Positions 31,145 through 41,146 of a stretch of 64,000 bases of DNA are shown in pieces; the stretch's first letter is position 1, and every line of letters begins with the position of its first letter. The stretch spans positions 267,283-331,282 of the forward strand of contig JAJDUI010000008.1 of assembly GCA_022826745.1 (NCBI GenBank), read 5' to 3'. The position numbers were made by a program, and so were the translations under genes. The notes beneath the pieces were generated by a model. That model worked only from the letters and a program-made list of their open reading frames with translations, searched no databases and was not told the origin of the DNA. The stretch comes from Thermoanaerobaculia bacterium. GTDB taxonomy: Bacteria; Acidobacteriota; Thermoanaerobaculia; Multivoradales; Multivoraceae.

Positions 31145-34100
31145 ATGAACGGGATGATTGGCTGGTTCGCCCGCAATGGCGTGGCGGCGAACCTGCTGAT
31201 GGTCCTGATCGTGGCCTGGGGCGTGCTTGCCCTGACCGGAATCCCGATCGAGGTCTTCCCGAGCATGGAGACCCAGAGCATCACGGTGAACGTCCCTTAT
31301 CTCGGCGCGGCGCCCGAGGAGGTCGAGCAGGGCGTCTGCCTGCGGATCGAGGAGGCGGTACAGGACCTCGAGGGAGTCGACACGATCCGGTCGACGGCCG
31401 CCGAAGGTTCCGGCACGGTGGTCATCGAACTGGAGACGGACGCGGACACGCGCGAGGTGTTGGACGAGGTCAAGTCGCGCATCGACGCGATCACGACGTT
31501 TCCGGTGGAGACGGAGAAGCCGATCATCCAGGAGGCGCTCATCCGCCGGCGGGTGATCACGGTCGCCATCTACGGCGACGTGGAGGAGAGGGCGCTCAAG
31601 GCGGTCGCCGAGGACGTCCGGGAAGGGCTTTCGGACCTGCCCGACATCACCCAGGTCGAACTCGACGCCGTGCGGCCCTACGAGATCTCGATCGAGGTGT
31701 CGGAGGACACCCTGCGGCAGTACGGTCTGACCTTCGACGAGGTTGTGCTGGCCGTCCGCCGTTCGTCGGTCGACCTCCCGGGCGGAGCGGTCCGGGCGCG
31801 CGGCGGCGAGATCCTCCTGCGCACGATGGGCCAGGCGTACCGCGGCGCCGAGTTCAGCGACATCGTGCTGCGGGCCCGGCCCGACGGCAGCCGCCTGGTT
31901 CTCGGCGACATAGCGGAGGTGAGGGACGGCTTCGCCGAGACCGACGTGACGTCGCGGTTCGACGGCCAGCCGGTCGCCCTGGTGCAGGTCTACCGGGTCG
32001 GCGACCAGAGCGCGCTGCGGCTCGCGCGGCAGGTCAAGGCCTTCGTCGCGGAGCGGCAGGCTGCACTGCCGCCCGGCCTGTCCATGACGACGTGGCTCGA
32101 CGACACGGTGCCGCTCCAGGACCGGTTGCGGGTGTTGATCGAAAGCGGCCGCCTCGGGCTGCTGCTCGTGTTCCTGGTGCTGGCGTTGTTCCTGAAGTTC
32201 CGGCTGGCGCTCTGGGTGTCCGTGGGCATCGCGGTGTCGTTCATGGGCGCTCTCGGCTTGTTGCCGTTTGTGGACGTTTCGATCAACGTGATGTCCCTGT
32301 TCGCGTTCATCCTCGTGCTCGGCATCGTCGTCGACGATGCGATCGTGGTCGGCGAGAACATCTACCGCCACTTCGAGATGGGCAAGTCCGGCCCGCGTGC
32401 CGCGATCGACGGAGCACGCCAGGTGGCGACTCCCGTCACGTTCTCGATCCTCACCACGCTGGCCGCGTTCTCGCCTCTCATCAACTCCGTGGAGGGTCCG
32501 TCGGGAGCGATCGCGAGGACGATTCCTCTCGTCGTCATCGGTTGCCTGGCCTTCTCGCTGATCGAGTCCATGCTGGTGCTGCCGAACCACCTCTCCCACC
32601 TGACCCACCGCCACGAGGAAGGGAAGGGCGGAAGGTCTCTCTGGGGCTGGGCCCTCTTCCAGGGTTTCTTCGCCAGGCGGATGAAGTGGGTGATCGAGCG
32701 CGGCTACCGGCCTCTGATCGAGCGGGCGATCGAGTGGCGCTACTCCACCGTTGCGATCGGCCTGGCCGTCCTGTTCATCACCGCCGGTTTCGTGTTCTCG
32801 GGCCGGATGAAGTTCGAGTTCTTCCCGGACGTGGAGGCGGACAACGCGGTCGTCCTGCTGACCATGCCGCAGGGGACGCCCGCCTCGACCACCCTGGCCG
32901 CGGTACGCCGGATCGAGGCGGCCGCCTTCGAACTGGGGAACGAACTCGAGGCCGAGGGTCACGGCGACGTGTTTCGCCACGTGATGGCGACGGTCGGCTC
33001 GCAGCCCTACGCGGCGCTGCAGCAGGCGAGCGGACCGACCGCCAACTTCGAGGTGGCGGTCGCCGCGCCGCACCAGGGAGAGGTGAACATCGAACTCAGG
33101 TCCTCCCAGGAGCGGACGATTCGAGCGACGGAGGTTGCCCGTCGCTGGCGCGACAAGGTGGGACCGGTGCCCGACGCGGTCAGGGTCGAGTACACGGCCA
33201 GCCTGGTCAGCTTCGGCTCGGCGGTGGATGTCCAGCTCACCGGCCGGAACCTCGACCATCTGCGGGCGGTGGGTGAGGAGATCAAGACGCGGCTGGCCGA
33301 CTATCCGGGCGTGTTCGACATCTCGGACTCGTTCCGCGCCGGCAAGCGCGAGATCCGGCTGGAGCTCGACCGGCGGGCCGAAGCGCTGGGCCTCAGCCTC
33401 GAGGATCTGGGCCGCCAGGTGCGCCAGGGCTTCTACGGCGCCGAGGCGCAGCGAATTCAGCGAGGCCGCGACGACATACGGGTCATGGTGCGCTATCCGG
33501 CCGACGAGCGGGAGACGCTGGCGTCGCTCGAGGACATGCGGATCCGGACGCCGACCGGCGCCGAGGTCCCGTTCTCCTTCGCGGGCCGCGCCGAGTTCGG
33601 CCGCGGCTTCGCGACGATTCAGCGGATCGACCGGAGGCGGGTGCTGAACATCACGGCGGATGTGGATCCGGCGGTGGTGACCGCGAACGAGGTGGTCGGC
33701 GACATGGAGGCCAACGTGCTGCCCGCGATCCTGGCCGGTTATCCCGGCGTCGATTTCTCCTTCGCGGGCGAGCAGGAGGAGCAGCGTCAGACGTTCGAGG
33801 GCCTGTTCCGGGCGCTTGGCCTGGCGCTGATCGTGATCTACGCGCTGCTCGCGATCCCGTTCAAGTCCTACCTGCAGCCGCTCATCGTGATGAGCGCGAT
33901 CCCCTTCGGCCTGATCGGCGCGGTGATCGGCCACCGGTTGATCGGCATCAACCTGACCATGCTGTCGCTGCTCGGACTGATCGCGTTGACCGGAGTCGTC
34001 GTCAACGACTCCCTGGTCATGGTCGACTTCATCAACCGGCGGCTCCAGATCGGCATGCCGGTCCACCAGGCGATCCACGATGCCGGCGCCGCCCGCTTCC

Positions 34101-34357
34101 GGCCGATCGTCCTGACCTCGCTGACGACGTTCGTGGGCCTGCTTCCCCTGCTCCTGGAACGCAGTTTCCAGGCCCAGTTCCTGGTCCCGATGGCGGTGTC
34201 GCTCGCCTTCGGGGTCCTGTTCGCGACCGCGATCACGCTGCTTCTCGTGCCGTCCCTCTACGCCATCCTGAACGACTTCCGCTCCCAGCTCGCCATCCAC
34301 GGCGCGAAGCCCCCCGCGGCCCCGCCGGCGGAAGCCGCGGCCGCTCCAGGAGCCTGA
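31145..34357 (+). CDS. RND efflux transporter (HAE1/AcrB-like), 1070 aa
   Basis: AcrB-like N-terminus MNGMIGWFARN...ANLLMVLIVAWG. 12-TM architecture with two large periplasmic loops. Confidence 0.85.
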   Translation: MNGMIGWFARNGVAANLLMVLIVAWGVLALTGIPIEVFPSMETQSITVNVPYLGAAPEEVEQGVCLRIEEAVQDLEGVDTIRSTAAEGSGTVVIELETDADTREVLDEVKSRIDAITTFPVETEKPIIQEALIRRRVITVAIYGDVEERALKAVAEDVREGLSDLPDITQVELDAVRPYEISIEVSEDTLRQYGLTFDEVVLAVRRSSVDLPGGAVRARGGEILLRTMGQAYRGAEFSDIVLRARPDGSRLVLGDIAEVRDGFAETDVTSRFDGQPVALVQVYRVGDQSALRLARQVKAFVAERQAALPPGLSMTTWLDDTVPLQDRLRVLIESGRLGLLLVFLVLALFLKFRLALWVSVGIAVSFMGALGLLPFVDVSINVMSLFAFILVLGIVVDDAIVVGENIYRHFEMGKSGPRAAIDGARQVATPVTFSILTTLAAFSPLINSVEGPSGAIARTIPLVVIGCLAFSLIESMLVLPNHLSHLTHRHEEGKGGRSLWGWALFQGFFARRMKWVIERGYRPLIERAIEWRYSTVAIGLAVLFITAGFVFSGRMKFEFFPDVEADNAVVLLTMPQGTPASTTLAAVRRIEAAAFELGNELEAEGHGDVFRHVMATVGSQPYAALQQASGPTANFEVAVAAPHQGEVNIELRSSQERTIRATEVARRWRDKVGPVPDAVRVEYTASLVSFGSAVDVQLTGRNLDHLRAVGEEIKTRLADYPGVFDISDSFRAGKREIRLELDRRAEALGLSLEDLGRQVRQGFYGAEAQRIQRGRDDIRVMVRYPADERETLASLEDMRIRTPTGAEVPFSFAGRAEFGRGFATIQRIDRRRVLNITADVDPAVVTANEVVGDMEANVLPAILAGYPGVDFSFAGEQEEQRQTFEGLFRALGLALIVIYALLAIPFKSYLQPLIVMSAIPFGLIGAVIGHRLIGINLTMLSLLGLIALTGVVVNDSLVMVDFINRRLQIGMPVHQAIHDAGAARFRPIVLTSLTTFVGLLPLLLERSFQAQFLVPMAVSLAFGVLFATAITLLLVPSLYAILNDFRSQLAIHGAKPPAAPPAEAAAAPGA

Positions 34358-34358
34358 T

Positions 34359-35816
34359 ATGCCCGTCGTTCGCGCGACTCCTTTCGCCGTGCTCTTCGTG
34401 GCTGCTTTCGGTCTGGCGTGTGCCGTCGAGCCCGTGAGTTACGACCTCGTCCTCGCCGGCGGCCGCGTGATGGACCCGGAGACGGGTCTGGACGCCGTCG
34501 TGGACGTCGGCATCTCCGGCGGGACCGTGCGGGCGATCTCGGCGGAGAGTCTCGGGGGAACGGAAGTCGTCGACGTTTCGGGTCACGTCGTGGCGCCGGG
34601 GTTCGTCGACCTCCACGCGCACGGCCAGGACCCGTTCAGCCGCGACCTGCAGGTGCGGGACGGGGTGACCGCCGCACTCGAACTCGAGGCCGGTGCGTAC
34701 CCGGTCGACGAGTGGTACGAGGAGCGGGAAGGCTCATGGCGGATCCACTTCGGCGCCACGGTCGCCTACGGCGCGGCGCGGGTGCTGGCGTTCGGCGAGG
34801 ACGAACGCGCGGCGACCTACGAGGCGGCGAGCGGGGAGCAGATCGAGGCGATACAGGACACGCTTAGGGACGGTCTGGCCGACGGCGCCCTGGGCGTCGG
34901 CCTGCCGCTCCAGTACCAGCCCGGCGCTACCAGATCCGAGATCTTCCGCATGTTCCAGACCGCGGCGGAGGCGGGCGTGACCGTGTTCTCGCACATCCGC
35001 TACGCGGGCGTGGTGGAGCCGGAGAGTTCGATCGCCGCCGTCCAGGAGATGATCGCGGACGCGGCCGGCTCCGGCGGTTCGGTCCACGTCGTCCACATCG
35101 GTTCGAGCGGGCTGGCGCAGATGCCGACCGTCATCGAGATGATCGACAGGGCGGCCACCGGGGGCGTCGACGTGACGACCGAGATCTACCCCTACACCGC
35201 GGCCTCGACCGACATCCGGGCCGCGATCTTCGATCCCGGCTGGCGGGAACGGCTCGCGGCGGACTACGGCGACATCGAGTGGGTCGCCACCGGCGAACGC
35301 CTGGACGAGGCCGGCTTCAACGAGCGAAGGGCCCTGCCCGCGTCCGAGGAGGCGCGGATCATCGCGCACATCATTCCGGAGCAGGAACTCGGCGACGCGA
35401 TCGCTCATCCGGCCGTGATGATCGCCAGCGACGGCGTCGGCTACATCGACGGCCGGGCCCATCCCCGCGGCGCCGGCACCTTCGCCCGCGTGCTCGGCCG
35501 CTACTCGCGCGACGAAGGCCGCCTCAGCCTGATGGAGGCGCTCCGAAAGATGACCCTGGCGCCGGCCCGCCGCCTCGAGGACGTGGCGCCGGCGATGCGC
35601 AGGAAGGGCCGCCTGAGCGTCGGCGCCGACGCCGACATCACGGTCTTCGACCCCGAGACCGTGATCGACCGGGCCACTTTCGCCGAGCCCGCCATTCCCT
35701 CGGCGGGTATTCCGCACGTACTCGTCGACGGCGTGTTTGTGGTCCGCGATGGCGAACTGGTCGAGAACGCCCTGCCGGGTCGGGGGATCCGGTCAGGCGT
35801 CGTCGACGCGGACTGA
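34359..35816 (+). CDS. Secreted amidohydrolase of the N-acyl-D-amino-acid deacylase (D-aminoacylase) family
   Basis: Signal peptide. HVVAPGFVDLHAHG metal-binding motif. Starts 2 nt after the RND stop. Confidence 0.65.
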   Translation: MPVVRATPFAVLFVAAFGLACAVEPVSYDLVLAGGRVMDPETGLDAVVDVGISGGTVRAISAESLGGTEVVDVSGHVVAPGFVDLHAHGQDPFSRDLQVRDGVTAALELEAGAYPVDEWYEEREGSWRIHFGATVAYGAARVLAFGEDERAATYEAASGEQIEAIQDTLRDGLADGALGVGLPLQYQPGATRSEIFRMFQTAAEAGVTVFSHIRYAGVVEPESSIAAVQEMIADAAGSGGSVHVVHIGSSGLAQMPTVIEMIDRAATGGVDVTTEIYPYTAASTDIRAAIFDPGWRERLAADYGDIEWVATGERLDEAGFNERRALPASEEARIIAHIIPEQELGDAIAHPAVMIASDGVGYIDGRAHPRGAGTFARVLGRYSRDEGRLSLMEALRKMTLAPARRLEDVAPAMRRKGRLSVGADADITVFDPETVIDRATFAEPAIPSAGIPHVLVDGVFVVRDGELVENALPGRGIRSGVVDAD

Positions 35817-35818
35817 GG

Positions 35819-36649
35819 TCACTGCCCGAAGCGCGGCGCCCGCTTCTCCATGAACGCCCGCACGGCCTCCTTGTGGTCCGCCGTCCGCACGGAGCGGACC
35901 ATTCCCTCCGCTTCGGCCGAGAGCGATTCCCGCAAGTCGCCCAGCACCGCCCGGTTCACGTTGCGTTTCATGTAGCGGAGCGCGCTCCTGGGTCCGTTGG
36001 CCAGCTCCAGCGCCAGGTCGCGCGCCGTGGCGGCCAGATCCTCGAACGGCACGATCCGGTTGACGATCCCGAGCCGCAGGCACTCCTCGGCCGGAATGCG
36101 CCGTGCCGTCATCAGCAGTTCCTTCGCCACTGCCGGGCCGACCAGCCGGGTCAGGAACCAGCTCGAGCCGTAGTCGCCCGACAGGCCGATGTTGCGAAAC
36201 GCGGTGGTGACGAAGGTGTCGTCGGCCATGATCCGCAGGTCGGCGGCGAGCGCGATGGAGAGTCCGGCGCCAGCCGCGGGCCCGGGCAGGGCGGCGACGA
36301 TCGGCTTGTCCAGCTCCGCCATCCGCAGCGTCAGCGACTCCTGCTTCTCGATCAGGGCGGCCACGGCTTCGTCGACGGTCGGCGGCGCCTTGGGCGCTTC
36401 TCCGTTCCTCCGGCGGTTCGACCCCATGCCCGAGACGTCGCCGCCGGCGCAGAACGCCCTGCCGGCACCGGTCAGCAGGATGGCGCCGCAGCGTTCGTCC
36501 GCCTCGAGCGTGAGCAGGATGCTCCGCAGCGCCGGCGTCAGGATGTCACCCAGGGCGTTCCGCTTGTCCGGCTTGTTCAGCGTCACCGTGGCGACGCCGT
36601 CCTCGAGGACGCACAGCAGTTCGTTGGTGCCGGTGTCGATCGTGATCAT
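35819..36649 (-). CDS. Enoyl-CoA hydratase/isomerase family protein
   Basis: AILLTGAGRAFCAGGD crotonase motif. Confidence 0.8.
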   Translation of the reverse strand: MITIDTGTNELLCVLEDGVATVTLNKPDKRNALGDILTPALRSILLTLEADERCGAILLTGAGRAFCAGGDVSGMGSNRRRNGEAPKAPPTVDEAVAALIEKQESLTLRMAELDKPIVAALPGPAAGAGLSIALAADLRIMADDTFVTTAFRNIGLSGDYGSSWFLTRLVGPAVAKELLMTARRIPAEECLRLGIVNRIVPFEDLAATARDLALELANGPRSALRYMKRNVNRAVLGDLRESLSAEAEGMVRSVRTADHKEAVRAFMEKRAPRFGQ

Positions 36650-36682
36650 GACTGCGTCTCCTGGAACGGCCGCTGGTCGGGG

Positions 36683-37861
36683 TTAGCGGCCCACGATACC
36701 GGCGCCAGCGCCGACGCGGCAGGTGTGGATCTTCGGCCGCCTGCCGAAGCGATGCTCGAACGCTGACGCGGTCTGCCGGCGAACGTGGTCGGCGGTCGAT
36801 TCGCTCGCGATCGCGGTGACGCAGCCGCCGAAGCCGGCGCCGGTCAGGCGGGCGCCGTAGCAGCCTTCGGCGCCGGCGGCGGCTTCCTGGAGCACGTCGA
36901 GTTCCTCGATGCTGACTTCGTAGTCGTTGCGGGAACTGCGGTGAGACTGGGCCATCAGGTCGCCGAGCGCGTGCAGGTCGCCCCGCCGCAGCGCTTCGGC
37001 GCCGTCGCGGACCCGGCGGCATTCGGTGACGACGTGGCGGGCGCGGCCGTCGAGCGGTGGTTTCAGCACGCGTTGCAGCCGGTCCAGGTCGGCCGGTTCC
37101 AGGTCGCGGAGCGTGGAGAGTTCCGGCAAGTGGGGCCGCAGCAGGTCCGCGGCGCGGAAGCACTCGCTTTTCCGGTCGTTGAATCCGGTGCCGGAAGCGA
37201 GGGCGCGCCGGACTCCGGTGTCCGCGACCAGGAAGACGAGATCGTCCGGCGTCGGGATCAGTTCGTGCTCGAGCGATCGGCAGTCGAGCAGCAGGGCATT
37301 TCCTTCGCGGCCGTGGACCGAGGCGAACTGGTCCATGATCCCGGACTGCACCCCGACGTACTCGTTCTCGACCGTTCGGCCGATCTGGGCGCGGTCGATG
37401 CCGGAGAGCCGGAAGCCGGCGAGCTGCTCCCAGGCCACGAGGAACGCCATTTCGACCGCCGCCGACGAACTGACGCCGGCGCCGACCGGCAGGTCGCCTC
37501 CGAACGCGGCTTCGATCGCCGGTACGTCGACACCTTGTTCACGAAGCGCCCAGGCCAGTCCCCGCGGATAGTCGACCCAGGCGGCGTCGCCTCCGCGCTC
37601 GGCGACCGGCGGTTCAGGTCTCGCGGCGTCGAAGGCGGCCTCCTCGCCGAAATCGAGCGCGCCGACTCGGGTCCGGGGCCGCGGTGCGCGCCGCGCCGCG
37701 ACCCACACGGCGCGGTCGATCGCGGCCGGCAGTACCCAGCCCTCGCTGTAGTCGACGTGCGCCCCGAGCAGGTTGACGCGCCCGGGCGCCCGGGCAACGA
37801 TCTCGGGCTCGGTGCCGAAACGCTTCCGGAAAGCGTCGACGACGCGGTCGACTTGCTTCAC
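36683..37861 (-). CDS. galK: Galactokinase (GHMP kinase)
   Basis: APGRVNLLGAHVDYSEGWVLP, GAGVSSSAA, LTGAGFGGC. GTG 37861. The track's upstream extension is Arg-rich and was rejected. Confidence 0.75.
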   Translation of the reverse strand: MKQVDRVVDAFRKRFGTEPEIVARAPGRVNLLGAHVDYSEGWVLPAAIDRAVWVAARRAPRPRTRVGALDFGEEAAFDAARPEPPVAERGGDAAWVDYPRGLAWALREQGVDVPAIEAAFGGDLPVGAGVSSSAAVEMAFLVAWEQLAGFRLSGIDRAQIGRTVENEYVGVQSGIMDQFASVHGREGNALLLDCRSLEHELIPTPDDLVFLVADTGVRRALASGTGFNDRKSECFRAADLLRPHLPELSTLRDLEPADLDRLQRVLKPPLDGRARHVVTECRRVRDGAEALRRGDLHALGDLMAQSHRSSRNDYEVSIEELDVLQEAAAGAEGCYGARLTGAGFGGCVTAIASESTADHVRRQTASAFEHRFGRRPKIHTCRVGAGAGIVGR

Positions 37862-37893
37862 GCGGGCCGGATGTCGGTCAAGGTGGGCCGGGG

Positions 37894-38343
37894 CTACGCC
37901 AGGAGGTGATACATGTCGGTACGCCGCCTGGCCGGGTCGTCGTGCCAGTCGCCGTAGATCTCCCAGCACGGCCCGGCCAGGACGAGGTCCTGCTCGGCGC
38001 ACCATTGGTGGATCGCCTGGTGAACGCCCGGGATTCCGGCGTAGTCGCCGTAGAAGGTGGCGTGAGCGCACCGGCCTGCCGGCGTGGCCGAGCGGACGAA
38101 GCCGCCCGCGGCCTCGGTGGCGGCGGGCACCTGGACGCCTACGTCGACTTCCATCCGGCCGTCGCTGACGTCGCGGTAGAACCAGACGTTCTGGCCGGCG
38201 CCTTCGACTCCGTGTTCCTGCACGAAGGCGCCGACGTGGTCCATCAAGGGCAGGAGCTTGCCGGGCACTTCCGCGAAGGTGACGGAGGTGCGGGCCGCCA
38301 GCAAGGGTTGTTCTTCGACGGTGACGATGGCGATGTCGGTCAC
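37894..38343 (-). CDS. GyrI-like / AraC effector-binding-domain small-molecule-binding protein
   Basis: 149 aa. Pattern recall only. GAGGAG SD upstream of the GTG. Confidence 0.45.
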   Translation of the reverse strand: MTDIAIVTVEEQPLLAARTSVTFAEVPGKLLPLMDHVGAFVQEHGVEGAGQNVWFYRDVSDGRMEVDVGVQVPAATEAAGGFVRSATPAGRCAHATFYGDYAGIPGVHQAIHQWCAEQDLVLAGPCWEIYGDWHDDPARRRTDMYHLLA

Positions 38344-38413
38344 TTGGCTTTCTCCTCGGGCGCGCGTGGGTTCACGAGTTCGCCTCGAAGGCTAGATGGA
38401 CGTCGAAGTCCAA

Positions 38414-40341
38414 TCAAGAACTGTCGAGGATGGACGCTGCCCGCAGCAGGAGGTCTTGCGACTCGCGCAGGCCGCCCTCGCGGCTGGTGGCGAGCCAGAC
38501 GTCGGGGAGGTCGTCGGCGATGCGCCGGAAGTCTGCGCCGAGGGCAGTCCGGACCCTCGGTGCGAGTTCGTCGGTCCGCAGTCCGCGGCCGGCGGCGAGG
38601 CGGGCGATGCCCAGGCGGCAGCAGCAGGCCATGATTCGACAGGTCCAGTCGAGAGCGGTGTAGTTGGGGGCGCCGGCCAGCGGCTGGCGGATCTCGGTCA
38701 GGCGGTTGTACGTCCTTTGCAGCTTGGCGATGCTCAGCCGCCGGAAGCGCCGGTGCGTGAGGTCGTCGTCGATGAACCGGAGCAGGTAGAAGAGAGCGGT
38801 TCCGTTGAGCACCGGGCCACCGCAGTCGAGGTCGATGGCGCCGAGGTCGACGACGGTGCGCGCCAGCGTCTCGTCGCCGTCGTAGACCAGGCCAGCGGCA
38901 TGGTCGAGCCAGGCCTCCTCGTTCCGCTCCGGACGGCTCGCCTCTTCCCGCGCCGTCTCGACGGACCAGGCGAAGCCGGCGCCGATCGACAGCGACAGCT
39001 CGGCGATCGCGGGTGGCTGCAGGTGGCCGTGGTCGCCCCAGTCCGTGATGAGAAAACCCTGAGCGCCGGCCTCGGAACCGGCTATCGCGGCAAGGGCCAG
39101 GTTGCCGACGGCGTTCTGCAGCCGTCCGCCGAAGCTGTGCCAACTGCTGGTTCCCGGGCATACCCAGAACTCCCGGCCCGAAGCCGCCAGCTTGTCGCAC
39201 TGGTCCACGTACGGGTGGTTCGCTTCGTAGCCCCAGCACAAGGCGACCGCATCGTCCGGGACCTGGTCGACCAGTTCCGGGTAGCGCAGGATGATGTCGC
39301 CCCAGAACAGCATCTGGCGGCCTCGGCCTGCGACCATGCCGTGTACCTGGCGCAGGAACTCCAGGTACACGGCCGGCTTGCCGCGGTCCTCGCACGCCTC
39401 GGCGGAGCGCCCGCGGCCGAGATCGAACGTCTCGTCGAGACCGACGTTGAACCGGGGGCTCGTGAACTGGGGCAGGAGCTCGTCGTAGAGGCCCGCGAGC
39501 AGTTCCGGCACTCGTGGATCGGTCGCGCAGAGGCTGAACGGCTCGGGGTCGATGGAGAAGGGATGCTGGAAGCCCTCGGGCACTTCGGCGAGTGGGCGGT
39601 AGCGATCGTGCACGAGCCAGCGGTGGAAATGGCCGAAGCTGTTCTGGTTGGGCGTCAGCTCGATGAACCGCTCCCGACAAAGGGCATCGAGCTCCCGGAT
39701 CTCCCTTGCGGTGAACGGGGAGGCGTCGCGCCACACCTCTTCATGGTCCGCGTACGCGTAGGTGTGTTCGACGTAGAGCTGGAGGTGGTTGATCTTCCAC
39801 TCGGCGAGCCGGTCCACGAGCCGCTCGAGGTACGCCATCCGCGGCACCCGGTTCCGGCTGACGTCCAGCATCGCGCCGCGGATGGGGAAGTTCGGCTCGT
39901 CTTCCATCTCGACGGCCGGCACGCCGAAGCCGGCGGCCGCCGGCCGGCCGCGCGAGGCGAGCCACTGCTTCAGCGTGGAGGCTGCCCGGAACACGCCGGT
40001 CGGCGTCGCGGCCTGGATCGTGAAGCCGGCCCGGTCGATGCGCAGGCGATAGCTCTCGTCGGTCGGGACGGTGACTCGGGAGGCGCTCTCGGTGCTTGGC
40101 GAGTCGACGGTGATCCGGCAGGCGACGCCGCCAGCCGAGCCGTTTCCGGCGCGGGCAGGGAGGATGTGCTGGCCCGTCGTTGCCAGCGCGCGACGCAGGC
40201 CGCCGAGCGCAAACTCCAGCTCTTCCGAAACCTCCGCCCGTTCCGCCCCCGCCGCGGTCAGGTGGAGCGCGACGGGTGCGCCCGGCGGCAGGACCAGGGA
40301 GTCGGCGGCGTCAAGGACCTCGACCCACCGCGGCGGCGGCC
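38414..40341 (-). CDS. Glycoside hydrolase, GH20 (beta-N-acetylhexosaminidase)-like, divergent
   Basis: NFPIRGAMLDVSRN resembles the GH20 R-G-x-M-L-D-x-x-R block, but the following HLQLYVEH differs from the canonical HWHLTDDQ. GTG 40341 was chosen and everything further 5' is Arg-rich. Confidence 0.45.
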
Positions 40342-40362
40342 AGAGACTCACGGGTCCGCGGC

Positions 40363-41010
40363 TCAGGCTCCCCGCAGCCGGATGTCGACGCCGGTCGGGC
40401 TGGTGTGGCGGCCGCCGCCGGCGTTGGCCGCGGTCCAGGCGAGATGGTCGATCGCACGCCCCGCCGTCGGTTCCAGGTCGTCGTCGGTCTGCCGGAACAG
40501 CACCCGCATCGTGCCGTAGTTGACGGCCAGCAGGACGTCCTTGAAGGTCTCGGCCGGACCGGGGACGTGCTCCAGCAGCCAGGCGCGGTCCTCCTCGCAG
40601 TCGGGGCCGAGGATGTGGACGTGGTGGAAGCCGGGGTGATCGGCGTCCTCGAGGAGCTCGATCTTCGCTCCCCAGGGATCCGTCACGAAGGAGATGTAGA
40701 GCTTCGCCGGCCCGAAGTGCCGCGGTTCCCAGAACTCGGTGGCGCCGTCGGCGAGCATGGCGGCATGGACGCAGTCGAGGTTCTCCACCGACCAGCCGGA
40801 GTGGTCGAGCCCGGTGCCGATGCTGGGGCCGGGGCTCCCGGCATGCCGCCAATGGAGATCCGCGGTGCCCTCGCCGGCCCGAAACCTGGCGGCGACGCCG
40901 GCGATGGCCTCCAGCACTTCGCCGTCGAAGTGCCGCGCGTACCAGTCGGCAGCGGCGGCCGGGTCGGAGGCGTTGAGCGCCAGGCGGTTGAATCGGCAGG
41001 TGTCGGTCAT
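40363..41010 (-). CDS. VOC (glyoxalase/bleomycin-resistance/dioxygenase) family protein, two modules
   Basis: 215 aa from ATG 41010. The fold was inferred from pattern only. Confidence 0.45.
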   Translation of the reverse strand: MTDTCRFNRLALNASDPAAAADWYARHFDGEVLEAIAGVAARFRAGEGTADLHWRHAGSPGPSIGTGLDHSGWSVENLDCVHAAMLADGATEFWEPRHFGPAKLYISFVTDPWGAKIELLEDADHPGFHHVHILGPDCEEDRAWLLEHVPGPAETFKDVLLAVNYGTMRVLFRQTDDDLEPTAGRAIDHLAWTAANAGGGRHTSPTGVDIRLRGA

Positions 41011-41146
41011 TTCGGAGGCTCCTCGGGCGCGGTGTGGGCTTGAACTGAGGGCGGTGATTGTGTCACCGATCGGCCGTGCCGCGCGGGTCTCGTCCGATCG
41101 GGCGTAAGCTGTGTCCCGTGAGAGGGATGCGGGGCGGCAGCCCGCC

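Noticed and set aside
38414-40852. 812-aa version of the GH20-like ORF and the upstream parts of the galK, MFS and pcm track ORFs
   Set aside because: The 5' portions are Arg-rich read-through of intergenic or antisense DNA. Starts were moved to the first codon from which the sequence becomes protein-like or aligns with homologs.
41011-41146. Two CCGATCGG palindromes and a GTGA-N5-TCAC motif in the VOC/recD2 divergent region as regulator sites
   Set aside because: They are short, GC-rich and expected by chance in this composition. No adjacent regulator gene was found. Not reported as a feature.
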